Part shown: positions 1-9,672 of the stretch, one piece after another
How the letters are laid out: the number at the start of each line of letters is the position of its first letter
Position numbering within the stretch: the stretch's first letter is position 1
Origin: Opitutaceae bacterium
GTDB lineage: Bacteria > Verrucomicrobiota > Verrucomicrobiia > Opitutales > Coraliomargaritaceae
Assembly: GCA_051252375.1 (NCBI GenBank)
Contig: JBPOFY010000004.1
Location: 224,001-288,000 of the forward strand
Length of the DNA: 64,000 nt
Direction: 5' to 3'
The notes under the pieces: model-generated
What the model was told of the DNA's origin: nothing
The model's database searches: none
The model's input: the letters and a program-made list of their open reading frames with translations, nothing else
Position numbers and translations under genes: made by a program

Positions 1-993
1 CTGAAGGAACCATTCATTAAGGCAATCGATCCCGACACCGAGGAAAGCGTCGCCGACTTTGTGCGTCGTCGCCTAGGCGACCAACTATATCGCTACGCCA
101 TCAATCCCTTGGTAGGCGGCATATACGCCGGCGACCCCGAAAAACTTTCCTTACGCTACGGGTTCCCGAAGCTATATGCACTGGAGCAAGAACACGGAGG
201 TCTTATCCGCGGAGCCATCGCCAAAATGCGTAGTTCACGTGCGGCGCAAGGTCCCAAGTTCCGGAAGCGCATCATCTCCTTCAAAGATGGCATGGGTGAA
301 TTTCCAGATGCCATTGCCAACGCATTGAACGACTCTCTGCAACTCAACGTATCCATTGAATCAATACGAAAATCCGACAGCGGCTGGCAGGTCGAATGGC
401 AAACACCCCAAGGACCACAATCCGAGTCTTTCGACAAGCTCGTCGTCACCGTTCCTGCGCATCGCTTGCGCAAGCTTCCCTTCGAAGAAACACTCGCGAA
501 ACAGCTAGATGCACTACCTAAGATTGATTACCCGCCAGTATCTGTGCTCAGCCTGGGCGTAAAAAAGGAAGATGTCTCCCATCCGATGGATGGCTTCGGA
601 GCACTGGTGCCCGAATGCGAACAAAGGAACATCCTCGGCGTGCTATTTCCCTCTAGCCTCTTTAACGATCGTGCGCCAGAAGGCGAAGCCTTACTGACCG
701 TATTCGTCGGTGGCGAACGTCAACCCGAACTTGCCACAGCGAACACCGACCAGTTGCTCGCAACCGTCTTACCCGAACTGCAATCGCTGATCGACATGGC
801 GGGCAAACCAACCTTCGTCCACCACAAGCATTGGGATCAAGCCATCCCCCAGTATAAACTCGGCTACGGAAAAGTCCTCGAAGCTATCGACCAAATCGAA
901 GCCACTGCGCCCGGCCTATGTCTCACCGGGAATTACCGAACAGGCATCTCGGTCAGCTACTGCATCGAGGCGGCTCTCAATCACGACTTATGA
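1..993 (+). CDS. hemY: Protoporphyrinogen/coproporphyrinogen oxidase (HemY-type), 5' truncated by window edge
   Basis: Frame open from base 1; motifs PLVGGIYAGDPEKLS, GFGALVP, AIPQY..G and GNY..GISV..CI. Confidence 0.88.
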   Translation: MKEPFIKAIDPDTEESVADFVRRRLGDQLYRYAINPLVGGIYAGDPEKLSLRYGFPKLYALEQEHGGLIRGAIAKMRSSRAAQGPKFRKRIISFKDGMGEFPDAIANALNDSLQLNVSIESIRKSDSGWQVEWQTPQGPQSESFDKLVVTVPAHRLRKLPFEETLAKQLDALPKIDYPPVSVLSLGVKKEDVSHPMDGFGALVPECEQRNILGVLFPSSLFNDRAPEGEALLTVFVGGERQPELATANTDQLLATVLPELQSLIDMAGKPTFVHHKHWDQAIPQYKLGYGKVLEAIDQIEATAPGLCLTGNYRTGISVSYCIEAALNHDL

Positions 994-1580
994 AGTTCCC
1001 GATTACTCTGCTCATAGCTTACCTCGGTCTCTTTATCGTTTGCGGCATAGCGCCCTATGACCGCGGAGTATGGATCGCAGAGAATCTTCCGATTATATTT
1101 ATCGTGGTTGGCATCGGCATATTCTCCATTTTTCATCGCTTTTCAAACCTCTCCTACAGCCTCATGGCTGTTCTGATTGTGCTCCACACTATTGGCGGAC
1201 ACTTTACTTTTGAGCGTGTCCCCTTTGGATTCGTCAGCGATTTATTCGACTTCGAGCGCAACCACTATGATCGCATAGCACACTTTTCCGTCGGCTTCTA
1301 CGCCTTCGCAATCGCCGAATTGATGACGGCTAAAAAGGCAGTGAACAGCCGAACCATTCTCTACCTCTTCCCCATATTTTCAATTTTCACCGTGGCAGCT
1401 GTTTACGAGATCTTTGAATGGCAATTCGCACTCATGGCCGATCCCGAGGCAGGCATCGCAGTGCTCGGATCTCAAGGCGACATCTGGGATGCCCAGAAAG
1501 ATATGCTTGCTGATGGCTTAGGCGCAATCGCCGCAATGTGCTTGTTTGCAATCCTCCGCCACAAGAAAGCGAGCAATTGA
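990..1580 (+). CDS. DUF2238 (YjdF-like) inner membrane protein
   Basis: ATG at 990 overlaps hemY stop (ATGA); motifs HTIGGHFTF, RNHYDRIAHF, YEIFEW, GSQGDIWDAQKDM. Confidence 0.8.
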   Translation: MKFPITLLIAYLGLFIVCGIAPYDRGVWIAENLPIIFIVVGIGIFSIFHRFSNLSYSLMAVLIVLHTIGGHFTFERVPFGFVSDLFDFERNHYDRIAHFSVGFYAFAIAELMTAKKAVNSRTILYLFPIFSIFTVAAVYEIFEWQFALMADPEAGIAVLGSQGDIWDAQKDMLADGLGAIAAMCLFAILRHKKASN

Positions 1581-1581
1581 T

Positions 1582-2586
1582 TCATTCAGTTCGAATGTGA
1601 AGCCACTTCACGAAGAGCGGTGAAAGCACTCCCGCCAGTATCAATTGAAGCGGATGAAATAAAATAAGCGGCATCAAGAGCAGAGCCGAATCCATTTCCA
1701 GCGACACCGAAGCCAATACTGCCGTAGTTAATGGCACACCTGTTGCCAAAGACTTTTGACTGGCGCTAAAAAAAGCCGCGACTCGCTCCTCCGGATTGAA
1801 ACGCAACCACCCGCACGACCACCAAACGAGCACGCTCGTGAGCATCAAAACGGCGCACACTACGCCCAACACTTGAATCAATTGAACGAACGAGAGCCGA
1901 TCCAATACACCCGACTGCACACCATTCGCAAAAGCGACATGAACAATAAAAAGAATGATCCAGCTACTAATTCGTTTTTGATAGGGACTTAAAGATTCGG
2001 CGACACTTCGAAATACTCGTCGAACGCCCTGCCCCAGCAATAAAGGTAAAATCACCAATAAAGTAAGCTTACCCAGCAATGGCAGTAAAGGCACAGAGAC
2101 CGATGCTTCGACCGATAAATAGACCGCGGCAAGCACCGGGAAAAGAAAGACCGCCAGCACGTTGGATAACACCGTCGAAAAAATCGCATTGGCAGTATGC
2201 CCTCCAGATAACGATGTGAAGGTAACAGCCGAGGCAATTGTAGTCGGCATCATCGCCAACACCCAAAAGCCCAACTTAAACTCAGGCAGTAGCCAATCGC
2301 TTGAAGCAAGCAAGACGCCACTCACTACGACTGCAAACAATAGGAAATTCCAAAGCAGCACATAAACATGTAAGCGCAGCGGTCGAAAGCCAGACATGAG
2401 CTGACGTAGCGGCAAAGAGAGCCCGAGCAAAAAGAAGATAACAGATATTCCGAGCTTGGTCGTCCATTCGGAGTGTAACACACCACCTGTTGCCGCGGGC
2501 ATAGGACAAACAATCGCTAAGCCCACCGCCACGCACAGCCAGACTGTAAATGCCCACTGCCGCCACAATGTCAGCATCCGGCCCAT
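1582..2586 (-). CDS. Bile acid:sodium symporter family transporter
   Basis: Multi-TM; MPTTIASAV, SQKSLATGVP and FHPLQL motifs; TAATG overlap with upstream gene. Confidence 0.8.
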   Translation of the reverse strand: MGRMLTLWRQWAFTVWLCVAVGLAIVCPMPAATGGVLHSEWTTKLGISVIFFLLGLSLPLRQLMSGFRPLRLHVYVLLWNFLLFAVVVSGVLLASSDWLLPEFKLGFWVLAMMPTTIASAVTFTSLSGGHTANAIFSTVLSNVLAVFLFPVLAAVYLSVEASVSVPLLPLLGKLTLLVILPLLLGQGVRRVFRSVAESLSPYQKRISSWIILFIVHVAFANGVQSGVLDRLSFVQLIQVLGVVCAVLMLTSVLVWWSCGWLRFNPEERVAAFFSASQKSLATGVPLTTAVLASVSLEMDSALLLMPLILFHPLQLILAGVLSPLFVKWLHIRTE

Positions 2587-3284
2587 TAGAAAGGATGGCA
2601 GACCCAGTTTTCGGCACCTTCAATACCGAGCGTCGTGCGTAGTCGCCACGCCACTACTAGTGCGGCAATTAACGCGACGGCTCGTTGCACCTTTACCAAA
2701 GTTACAGGGCTCAATCGACCGTTCAGTCGCATGAACTGAGTTTGCGCTAACCACAACAAAGGAATGGTGCCCAAGCCAAAGCCAATCGCAAACTCCGCGC
2801 CCTTTAGCGCAGAGCCGGAAAAGAGCGCGAGACCAAAAATCATATACAATGGACCACACGGCAGTAGCGGGCTGGCAAAACCGATGAGTCCTGCCGCCAC
2901 TGGTTTCTGCAATTTACTGAAACGTTGAGTAGCTCCACGATAGAACTTCCCCAGCCACTTCGGTTTTGGAAAAAAACGATCGAGGCGGAAAGCAACCGCG
3001 AGGAAGAATACGACCAATATCCAAGGTAAATAATTCAACCAGGAGCTCTCTACGGAACGAATGACGACACTGCCGAATGCTCCCGCTAAAGTGCCGACGA
3101 GTGCATACGAAAATAGTTTAGCCAGATGATAACTGGTTAATACCAATTGAGGATTCGCGTCACTTGCTTTCGTTGGCGTGAAAGCGCAAGAGAGCGGACC
3201 ACACATCGCCACACAATGCACACTGGTAATTAAACCAGCAATGAGCGCAGTGTAGGCATTGTATATTGTCTGGTACTCGACCAT
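2586..3284 (-). CDS. Sulfite exporter TauE/SafE / DsbD_2-type membrane protein
   Basis: HCVAMCGP, LLPCGPLY and FGLGTIP motifs. Confidence 0.8.
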   Translation of the reverse strand: MVEYQTIYNAYTALIAGLITSVHCVAMCGPLSCAFTPTKASDANPQLVLTSYHLAKLFSYALVGTLAGAFGSVVIRSVESSWLNYLPWILVVFFLAVAFRLDRFFPKPKWLGKFYRGATQRFSKLQKPVAAGLIGFASPLLPCGPLYMIFGLALFSGSALKGAEFAIGFGLGTIPLLWLAQTQFMRLNGRLSPVTLVKVQRAVALIAALVVAWRLRTTLGIEGAENWVCHPF

Positions 3285-3305
3285 TTCGAAATCCTCAGCG
3301 TAAAC

Positions 3306-3755
3306 CTAGCGTGTCGGCTCTGAAGCCTCATTATACAAAACGGTATAAAGCACACCCAACAAGTTTCTACGCGTCACACGATCTTTGTCCTCCCGCGCGT
3401 TATTGATTCCCTTTGCAATCCAAGCTTCACTGCCGGCTCGGCGGATCAACTGGTGCAAAACACGATAACCATCCTTGTTTGTATAGCCCACAGTCATTCC
3501 CGCCTCGAGATCTTCAAAATCAATTGGTCGCACAATGATGATCGTATTTTTAGTAAGCACTGGCTCCATCGAAGTGCCACTGGTGCGTGCCATGTATGCA
3601 CCACTGTCATTGAACTTCACCATCTGCCCCAACTTAAATGCCTCATTATAATCAATCGGTGCAAAAGTCGTATTCTTAGATGACGCAGTCGTATTACAGC
3701 CGGTAAGTAATGCGAGAAGCGACAACGCAAAGAGTAAAATCAACTTAGGATACAT
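3306..3755 (-). CDS. S24/S26-family peptidase, predicted lipoprotein
   Basis: Lipobox LLTGC; SGTSMEP catalytic Ser; VLHQL His; KGINN..D. Confidence 0.7.
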   Translation of the reverse strand: MYPKLILLFALSLLALLTGCNTTASSKNTTFAPIDYNEAFKLGQMVKFNDSGAYMARTSGTSMEPVLTKNTIIIVRPIDFEDLEAGMTVGYTNKDGYRVLHQLIRRAGSEAWIAKGINNAREDKDRVTRRNLLGVLYTVLYNEASEPTR

Positions 3756-3886
3756 GCGATACAGGATTAGCATCTAAGGTATTATAGCAAGCCACATCAG
3801 GTTTAGAAGAATCGCACTTATTGATAAAAAAAGGCGCGCGACCATATTTGGCAAAACTCAAGCCCATCCGTAAAAATAAAGACGCT

Positions 3887-3899
3887 TATCAATCACTTA
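3887..3899 (+). promoter_or_regulatory. IHF-like binding site
   Basis: TATCAATCACTTA matches WATCAANNNNTTR, with upstream A-tract taaaaataaa. Confidence 0.45.
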
Positions 3900-3914
3900 C
3901 AACGACTTACAATT

Positions 3915-3938
3915 CATCTACGTGATTTTACGTAGATG
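3915..3938. promoter_or_regulatory. Palindromic operator candidate
   Basis: CATCTACGT-gatttt-ACGTAGATG, perfect 9-bp arms, in a divergent intergenic region. Confidence 0.55.
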
Positions 3939-4036
3939 GAATACGTTCTATTTTTTTGAAATTTCAGAGAATAAAGGCGGCAGAATACAAGCTTCCCGCG
4001 ATACCGCAGTGATCCAAAAGAGGGTATTCTTTGGGC

Positions 4037-4516
4037 ATGAAAACAACAACATACATCGCCCTCATCATCACCCTCCTCGCTTCAGCTCTTACCGCTAGCG
4101 CAGCACCCAAGTCTTCCGCCTCATTTCAAAAAGCACTCAGCGATGCTGAAATGATTGCATCTCTCAGCCCAGAGTGGAGCGTTCAACGCACATCCGGTGC
4201 ATCCATGGGAGAGTTCTTCGGAGACAACTCACTGATCTTGGTTCAAAAAGCCACACTTCAAGAAGTTCGTGTTGGCATGATGGTTGTATATCGCTCATCT
4301 GCTGGCGAATTAATCTCCCACAAAGTTGTCTCACACAATGGCGACTCGATTCGCACAATTGGAGTTTCTAACTGGAACATCGATCCTGAGCCTGTAACCA
4401 GCGACATGATCGTAGGCACCGTGTTCGGCGTCTTCCACAGTGCAGGCGCACCTGCTGGTGCGGTTTACGCCTCAAACGGACAACCTTTACCTACAGCACT
4501 TTGCAAAACATTTTAA
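4037..4516 (+). CDS. S26-family (SipW/Sec11-like) peptidase with cleavable signal peptide
   Basis: Signal peptide ending ASA-AP; RTSGASM Ser; ISHKV His; GVSNWNID; aligns by eye with 3306-3755. Confidence 0.7.
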   Translation: MKTTTYIALIITLLASALTASAAPKSSASFQKALSDAEMIASLSPEWSVQRTSGASMGEFFGDNSLILVQKATLQEVRVGMMVVYRSSAGELISHKVVSHNGDSIRTIGVSNWNIDPEPVTSDMIVGTVFGVFHSAGAPAGAVYASNGQPLPTALCKTF

Positions 4517-4570
4517 TCAACCCCTTTCGGATGGACTCTTCGTTGTTGTTTTCGTCTGTCCGACAAAAAG

Positions 4571-4609
4571 AACCTCTTCCGTATAAGTACGGGAGAGGTT
4601 TTTATTTTT
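4571..4609 (+). terminator. Rho-independent terminator
   Basis: aacctcttccgta-taag-tacgggagaggtt followed by T-rich tract. Confidence 0.75.
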
Positions 4610-4688
4610 AAAGTTCCATAACGTCATTACCATGCTACTATCTCCTCCACAATCTCGCTCAACCAAAGAGCCCCAATTTGATGTAAAC

Positions 4689-5354
4689 ATGAAAAAAGTC
4701 GTCGTCATCGAAGACCAAACGATCCTACGCGATCTCATTTGCCAGCTTGTAGAAGGCTACACTGGAATGGAAGTCATCGCCGAATCAGGAGATGGCGCAG
4801 AAGGCTATGAGCTATGCCTCAAGCATTTGCCCGACCTCGTGATCCTAGATATCATGTTGCCGAATTTAAATGGCAGCGAGGTGCTTCGCCGTTTGAAAGC
4901 GAAAAATCCGAAAATTAATATCCTGATTTTTTCTGCAGCTTCATCCAACAGCATGGTCAATCGGCTACTTAAATCCGGCGTCACTGGCTATATCGAGAAA
5001 GATGCCGGACTCGATGAACTGGAAAAGGCCATCTCTCTGGTAGCCGACGGTCGCTCCTATTTCAGCCCACGTGTCGTAGATGCCATGCGCGAGCTTATGG
5101 TCAGTGGCGGGCAAGACGACTCGCTCGAATCACTCACAACTAGAGAAAGAGAAATCATCCAGCTCATTGCAGAAAGTTACAGCAATAAGGAAATCGCCGC
5201 CAAATTAGGCATGAGTGTGCGTACCGCTGACACGCATCGCACCAATATCATGAAAAAGTTGGACTTACACGACGTTGCTGCCCTCACCCGCTGGGCCATC
5301 GCCAACAAGCTGGTTGACCCAGTAGGTGGCGACATGAGCACTGAAATGCCATAG
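4689..5354 (+). CDS. NarL/LuxR-family response regulator
   Basis: REC domain (VIEDQ, LDIMLP) plus LTTREREIIQLIAESYSNKEIA..TADTHRTNIMKKL HTH. Confidence 0.92.
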   Translation: MKKVVVIEDQTILRDLICQLVEGYTGMEVIAESGDGAEGYELCLKHLPDLVILDIMLPNLNGSEVLRRLKAKNPKINILIFSAASSNSMVNRLLKSGVTGYIEKDAGLDELEKAISLVADGRSYFSPRVVDAMRELMVSGGQDDSLESLTTREREIIQLIAESYSNKEIAAKLGMSVRTADTHRTNIMKKLDLHDVAALTRWAIANKLVDPVGGDMSTEMP

Positions 5355-5389
5355 TACTGACTCCGCGGGGTCGAAATTTATTAGGAAGT

Positions 5390-5416
5390 ATGCTGACGGT
5401 CATTGTCCGTCAGCAT
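5390..5416. other. Inverted repeat / stem-loop upstream of aroC
   Basis: atgctgacgg-N7-ccgtcagcat, perfect 10-bp arms, no U-tract. Confidence 0.45.
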
Positions 5417-5452
5417 TGACTTCGTCGCTCTCACCCATTGCATACCAATCCT

Positions 5453-6553
5453 ATGGGTAATTCTTTTGGCACACTGTTTCGTATCTCCACATGGGGAGAA
5501 AGTCATGGAGGCGGCATTGGCGTCGTTATTGATGGCTGCCCTCCTCGGCTACCCCTATCCGAAGAAGACATCCAGTTCGAACTGGACCGTCGCCGCCCTG
5601 GGCAAAGCGATATCACCACTCCTAGAAAAGAGAGCGACACAGCTAAGATCGTCTCTGGCGTCTTTGAAGGTCTGACACTCGGCACTCCTATTGCGATCTA
5701 CGTACCGAACGGTGATCAGCGACCATCGGCTTATAGCGAGATGAAGGATAAGTTCCGACCTTCACATGCCGACTTTACCTACCAAACAAAATTTGGCATT
5801 CGCAACCATGAGGGCGGGGGCCGCTCTTCCGCACGCGAAACGATCGGTCGAGTAGCAGCTGGAGCGATTGCCAAAAAGATCCTTCACCTAGCTGCCAATG
5901 TCGAAACCCGCGCCTATATTACGCGCGTCCACGACATTGAAATGCCCGACAACGAGGATTTCCCAACACTGGAAGCTGTAGAAGCAAGCCCAGTGCGTTG
6001 CCCACACCCGGAAACCGCTGAGAAGATGGTCGAGCGGATAAGAGCCATGCGCAGCGAAGGCAACTCCGTCGGCGGCGTCATCGAATGCCGCATCCGAAAC
6101 TTACCAGTCGGGCTCGGAGTGCCCGTATTTGACCGCTTAGAAGCAGATTTAGCTAAGGCCATGCTTTCTATCCCTGCGACAAAAGGATTTGAGATCGGCA
6201 GTGGATTCGAAGGCTCGAAATTAACCGGCTCTGAGCACAATGATACTTTCGTCAATAAGGACGGGAGAATCGGAACCAGCAGCAATCGCTCAGGTGGCGT
6301 TCAAGGAGGCATTAGCAATGGCGAAGAAATAGTCTTTCGCGTAGCATTCAAACCAACTGCAACCATCATTCAAAACCAGCACACTGTCGATAAAGACGGC
6401 AATGAGACTGAGCTAATGGGTCGTGGACGCCACGATCCATGCGTAGTGCCAAGAGCTGTGCCGATCGTGGAGTCAATGGCATCCCTGGTTCTCATCGACC
6501 ATTGGATGCGCCATCAAGCACAATGCAACAGCTTCGACTTCGATTCTAAATAA
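5453..6553 (+). CDS. aroC: Chorismate synthase
   Basis: [36 protein letters not shown]. Confidence 0.97.
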   Translation: MGNSFGTLFRISTWGESHGGGIGVVIDGCPPRLPLSEEDIQFELDRRRPGQSDITTPRKESDTAKIVSGVFEGLTLGTPIAIYVPNGDQRPSAYSEMKDKFRPSHADFTYQTKFGIRNHEGGGRSSARETIGRVAAGAIAKKILHLAANVETRAYITRVHDIEMPDNEDFPTLEAVEASPVRCPHPETAEKMVERIRAMRSEGNSVGGVIECRIRNLPVGLGVPVFDRLEADLAKAMLSIPATKGFEIGSGFEGSKLTGSEHNDTFVNKDGRIGTSSNRSGGVQGGISNGEEIVFRVAFKPTATIIQNQHTVDKDGNETELMGRGRHDPCVVPRAVPIVESMASLVLIDHWMRHQAQCNSFDFDSK

Positions 6554-6577
6554 TGGTGCTTCACCGCGCAACAGCCC

Positions 6578-7309
6578 ATGAATGAGTCACCACTAGTCTA
6601 TGTCATTTATGGCACCCCCGGCTCTGGTCGAAGAGAAGTCATCTTCGACCTCATCGACGGAGGCATTGATCCAAAATTAAATGTGCTGTTCTTTCGCCCT
6701 GAAGGCGAGACGCAGACACCTTTTGATGAACAAATTGATGCCCTAGAGAATACGACGACCATCGAATGGTCTTTGGACAACGCAAAGATTAAGCACGGAC
6801 AAATTTCAGCTGCACCAGATTATATAATTTTCCTCGCCGCAGGAGAGTCCGACCCTTCCGATATCGCAGAAGCGCTTAAATCCTGGATCGATCATAATAA
6901 TTGCCAAATTGGACGCCTGATCACCGTGGTCAACTGCACTTTCCTACAACATACGCCAGCAGCGCAAAGCTGGTATGATGCCTGCATCCATTTTTCTGAT
7001 GCTGTCCTCCTCAATCGCCGCGATGGAGCCGACAACAAATGGATCAAAGATTTTCAGCAAGGCTATCAAAAACGATGCTCTCCAGCACGCTTCATCCTTG
7101 TAAAGAAAGGAAAAGTTGCGAATCCCGCGGAGGTGCTCGACCCCGAAGCCAGACGTCTTTCATTCTTTTTCGATGAATTACTACCAATCGAAGAAGATGG
7201 ACTCGATGAGGAAGAACAACCGGATGACATCAAACCCGATAAGTATATAGAGCGTCTGGAAAGTGGGCACAGAGCCCACCCTGTCCCTGATATACGCAAA
7301 CTACTTTAA
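6578..7309 (+). CDS. CobW/COG0523-like protein with degenerate P-loop
   Basis: GTPGSGRR (Walker A-like), LITVVN, FSDAVLLNRRD (NKxD-like). Confidence 0.5.
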   Translation: MNESPLVYVIYGTPGSGRREVIFDLIDGGIDPKLNVLFFRPEGETQTPFDEQIDALENTTTIEWSLDNAKIKHGQISAAPDYIIFLAAGESDPSDIAEALKSWIDHNNCQIGRLITVVNCTFLQHTPAAQSWYDACIHFSDAVLLNRRDGADNKWIKDFQQGYQKRCSPARFILVKKGKVANPAEVLDPEARRLSFFFDELLPIEEDGLDEEEQPDDIKPDKYIERLESGHRAHPVPDIRKLL

Positions 7310-7311
7310 AC

Positions 7312-7343
7312 AAAAAGGCCCCGTTCATCTGAACGGGGCCTTT
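7312..7343. terminator. Bidirectional terminator
   Basis: aaaggccccgttca-tc-tgaacggggccttt between convergent genes. Confidence 0.85.
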
Positions 7344-7363
7344 GTAGTTAAAATGAGATGCGG

Positions 7364-9658
7364 TTAACTCCGGGTTTCAATCGTCGGCTCAACTGAGCCA
7401 GCAAGTTCTTCCTCTATATCCTCTTCATTATGGATGTAGTAATCCTGATAGGCTTTGTCTGAATAGTGCGAGTAGTAATAGCTCGATAAGCTACTAGTAA
7501 TGTTATTCAAAATCGCACCGAAGACAGGAGTATTTGACTCCCAAAGACGACGTACATTCACAACTGCTGTCTTACGTTTCACAGTATTGAACTTGATCAC
7601 GTAAAGCACACCGTCCGCAAGTGGAAGTAAGTTGAGAGCATCACTAACCGCAGCCAAAGGAGGCGAATCGACCACAATGCGATCATAGCGATCGCGAAGA
7701 TCGGCAAACATTGCCTCAAACTTTGCACTATTTAGAATCTGAGTTGGATTCTTCGACTTACCACCGGTTGGCAATACGTCCAAATTTGGATAAACCTCCT
7801 TGATAATCACTTCGTCCAAAGCGACATCTTTATCAATATGGTCCAACACACCAAAATCATTCTCGAGTTGCAATGATCGCGCGACATTCGGGAGACGTAA
7901 ATCCGCATCCAGTAGAAGTGTCTTCTCGCCATGATTCGCAAACGTAAGCGCTAAATTCGAGCTCACGAACGACTTACCTTCACCGGGGACAGTACTGGTT
8001 GTAACAATCACCTTAGCGTTTTTACTTTCGTCATTCAACTTCAATGCCGAGTGTATGGAACGGAACGTCTCCGTAACATGTCGATCCACATTAGAAGCAA
8101 CCGCCTGCGCTTTTGTGTTGGTATCCAACTTCTTAATGCGGGGAATGATCCCAAGCATAGGAAGACCAATTGTCCCTTCGATGTCGAAAGCACTCTTCAC
8201 ACGGTCATCCAAGAACGCTACGATGAAGACCAGCCCCATGCCCACCGTAACACCACCAAAAAGACCCGCAGCAAGATTCATCACAACGTTCGGCGAAGAA
8301 TGAGTTAAAGGAGGGAGCGCTTGATCGACAATACGAGCATTCGCATTCTTCAAGTTCACTTGCGCCTGCTCTTGCGTCATGCGAGAAGTCAGCGCCATAA
8401 AGAAACTATCCTGCACCTCCAAATCACGCTCAAGCGAGCTATACTCTACCCGTAAACGACTCAATTCAATAAGCTCCTGCTCCTTTTCCGCCAGACGCTT
8501 ACTAGAAACTTCATAATTGGTCTTAGTCTCTGCAAATGCAGCGCTAATTTTATCCACAGAATTTTGAACAGCGCTCTGTAACTCGACCTCAGACTCCTGC
8601 AATGTCTGCAATAGCTCAATCATCACAGGATGTTTTTCACGGTAGCGCTTACTCAGCGAAGAAATGCTAATCTTTGCACTACTGATATTTTGAAGCAAAT
8701 ACGAGACACGTGTTTGCTCTGCAATAAATGAGAGTTCCCATAAGTTATTACCCTCACGACGATACGATTCGATCAAATTCCATTTAGTTTCAATAGAGTC
8801 ATATTCATTCTTAGCTGAAAGCTTCATTTGGTTGAGACTAGACAGCTGCGTGCGAGCGATGTTTTCCTGACTATCAAGCGACACGGCGTTGTTTTGTTCG
8901 CGATAATCTGCCAGTTTCAGCTCCAACTCTTCTACTCGGTCTTTTTGTTGATCGGCACGAATACGTAAATCTTCCACTGCCTTCATCGAACCATCAATGT
9001 TAAGCTTCAAATTGTAATCAATAAATTCCTTCGCAAAAAGATTTGCAACATCGGCAGCTATAATTGGATCGGGGTGCGAGTATGCAACATTCACCATCAA
9101 ACTCATCCGCCGAGGAATAATCTTACGATTTTTCCCTAAAACTTCCAATGGAGACAATGGACCACTCAAACTCAAGGCGCCGGCGTATGGAGCCATAAAA
9201 CGCTCGCGCACATCATCTTGAAGCCTTTGCTCAACACCTTGAAGAATAGTAGCACTTTCAAAAAGACTAAGTTGAGTATTTAAATCTTCAGCTCCACGGA
9301 TTTGGTTCATTTCCATTTCGGGACCCATATTCCCCATAGCCGAGGGATCATCACGAAGTATCTGCACCTGAGCCACAGCAGTATATACCTTCGTCTTATT
9401 AAAAGTATAGAGAATCGAGCCTGAAAAGATGATAAAGAACGCAACGATCAAATACCAAATACGTTCACGGAACATTAGGAAGTAGTCTTTGAACGAGCGC
9501 TGAGGCGCACCTCCGCCACCTTCGTTCCCGCCACCACCATAACCACCATAGCCATAGCCGCCCCCATAACTATAACCAGCACCATAACCGTAGCCATACC
9601 CTCCACCATAGCCACCGGAATTAGGATCAGGAGCGCCTCTTACGTAATCGTTTTTCAT
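7364..9658 (-). CDS. wzc: Polysaccharide co-polymerase / BY tyrosine autokinase (Wzc/GumC-like)
   Basis: Two TMs flanking coiled coil; STVPGEGKS, LLLDADLR, VVDSPP; C-terminal Tyr cluster. Confidence 0.92.
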   Translation of the reverse strand: MKNDYVRGAPDPNSGGYGGGYGYGYGAGYSYGGGYGYGGYGGGGNEGGGGAPQRSFKDYFLMFRERIWYLIVAFFIIFSGSILYTFNKTKVYTAVAQVQILRDDPSAMGNMGPEMEMNQIRGAEDLNTQLSLFESATILQGVEQRLQDDVRERFMAPYAGALSLSGPLSPLEVLGKNRKIIPRRMSLMVNVAYSHPDPIIAADVANLFAKEFIDYNLKLNIDGSMKAVEDLRIRADQQKDRVEELELKLADYREQNNAVSLDSQENIARTQLSSLNQMKLSAKNEYDSIETKWNLIESYRREGNNLWELSFIAEQTRVSYLLQNISSAKISISSLSKRYREKHPVMIELLQTLQESEVELQSAVQNSVDKISAAFAETKTNYEVSSKRLAEKEQELIELSRLRVEYSSLERDLEVQDSFFMALTSRMTQEQAQVNLKNANARIVDQALPPLTHSSPNVVMNLAAGLFGGVTVGMGLVFIVAFLDDRVKSAFDIEGTIGLPMLGIIPRIKKLDTNTKAQAVASNVDRHVTETFRSIHSALKLNDESKNAKVIVTTSTVPGEGKSFVSSNLALTFANHGEKTLLLDADLRLPNVARSLQLENDFGVLDHIDKDVALDEVIIKEVYPNLDVLPTGGKSKNPTQILNSAKFEAMFADLRDRYDRIVVDSPPLAAVSDALNLLPLADGVLYVIKFNTVKRKTAVVNVRRLWESNTPVFGAILNNITSSLSSYYYSHYSDKAYQDYYIHNEEDIEEELAGSVEPTIETRS

Positions 9659-9672
9659 AGAAAATAATGTTA

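Noticed and set aside
918..989. Extended start for the DUF2238 gene
   Set aside because: Lies inside hemY; the ATGA-coupled start at 990 is more plausible
3849..3863. GG-N10-GC sigma-54 candidate (TGGCAAAACTCAAGC)
   Set aside because: Lacks the TTGC -12 element; too weak
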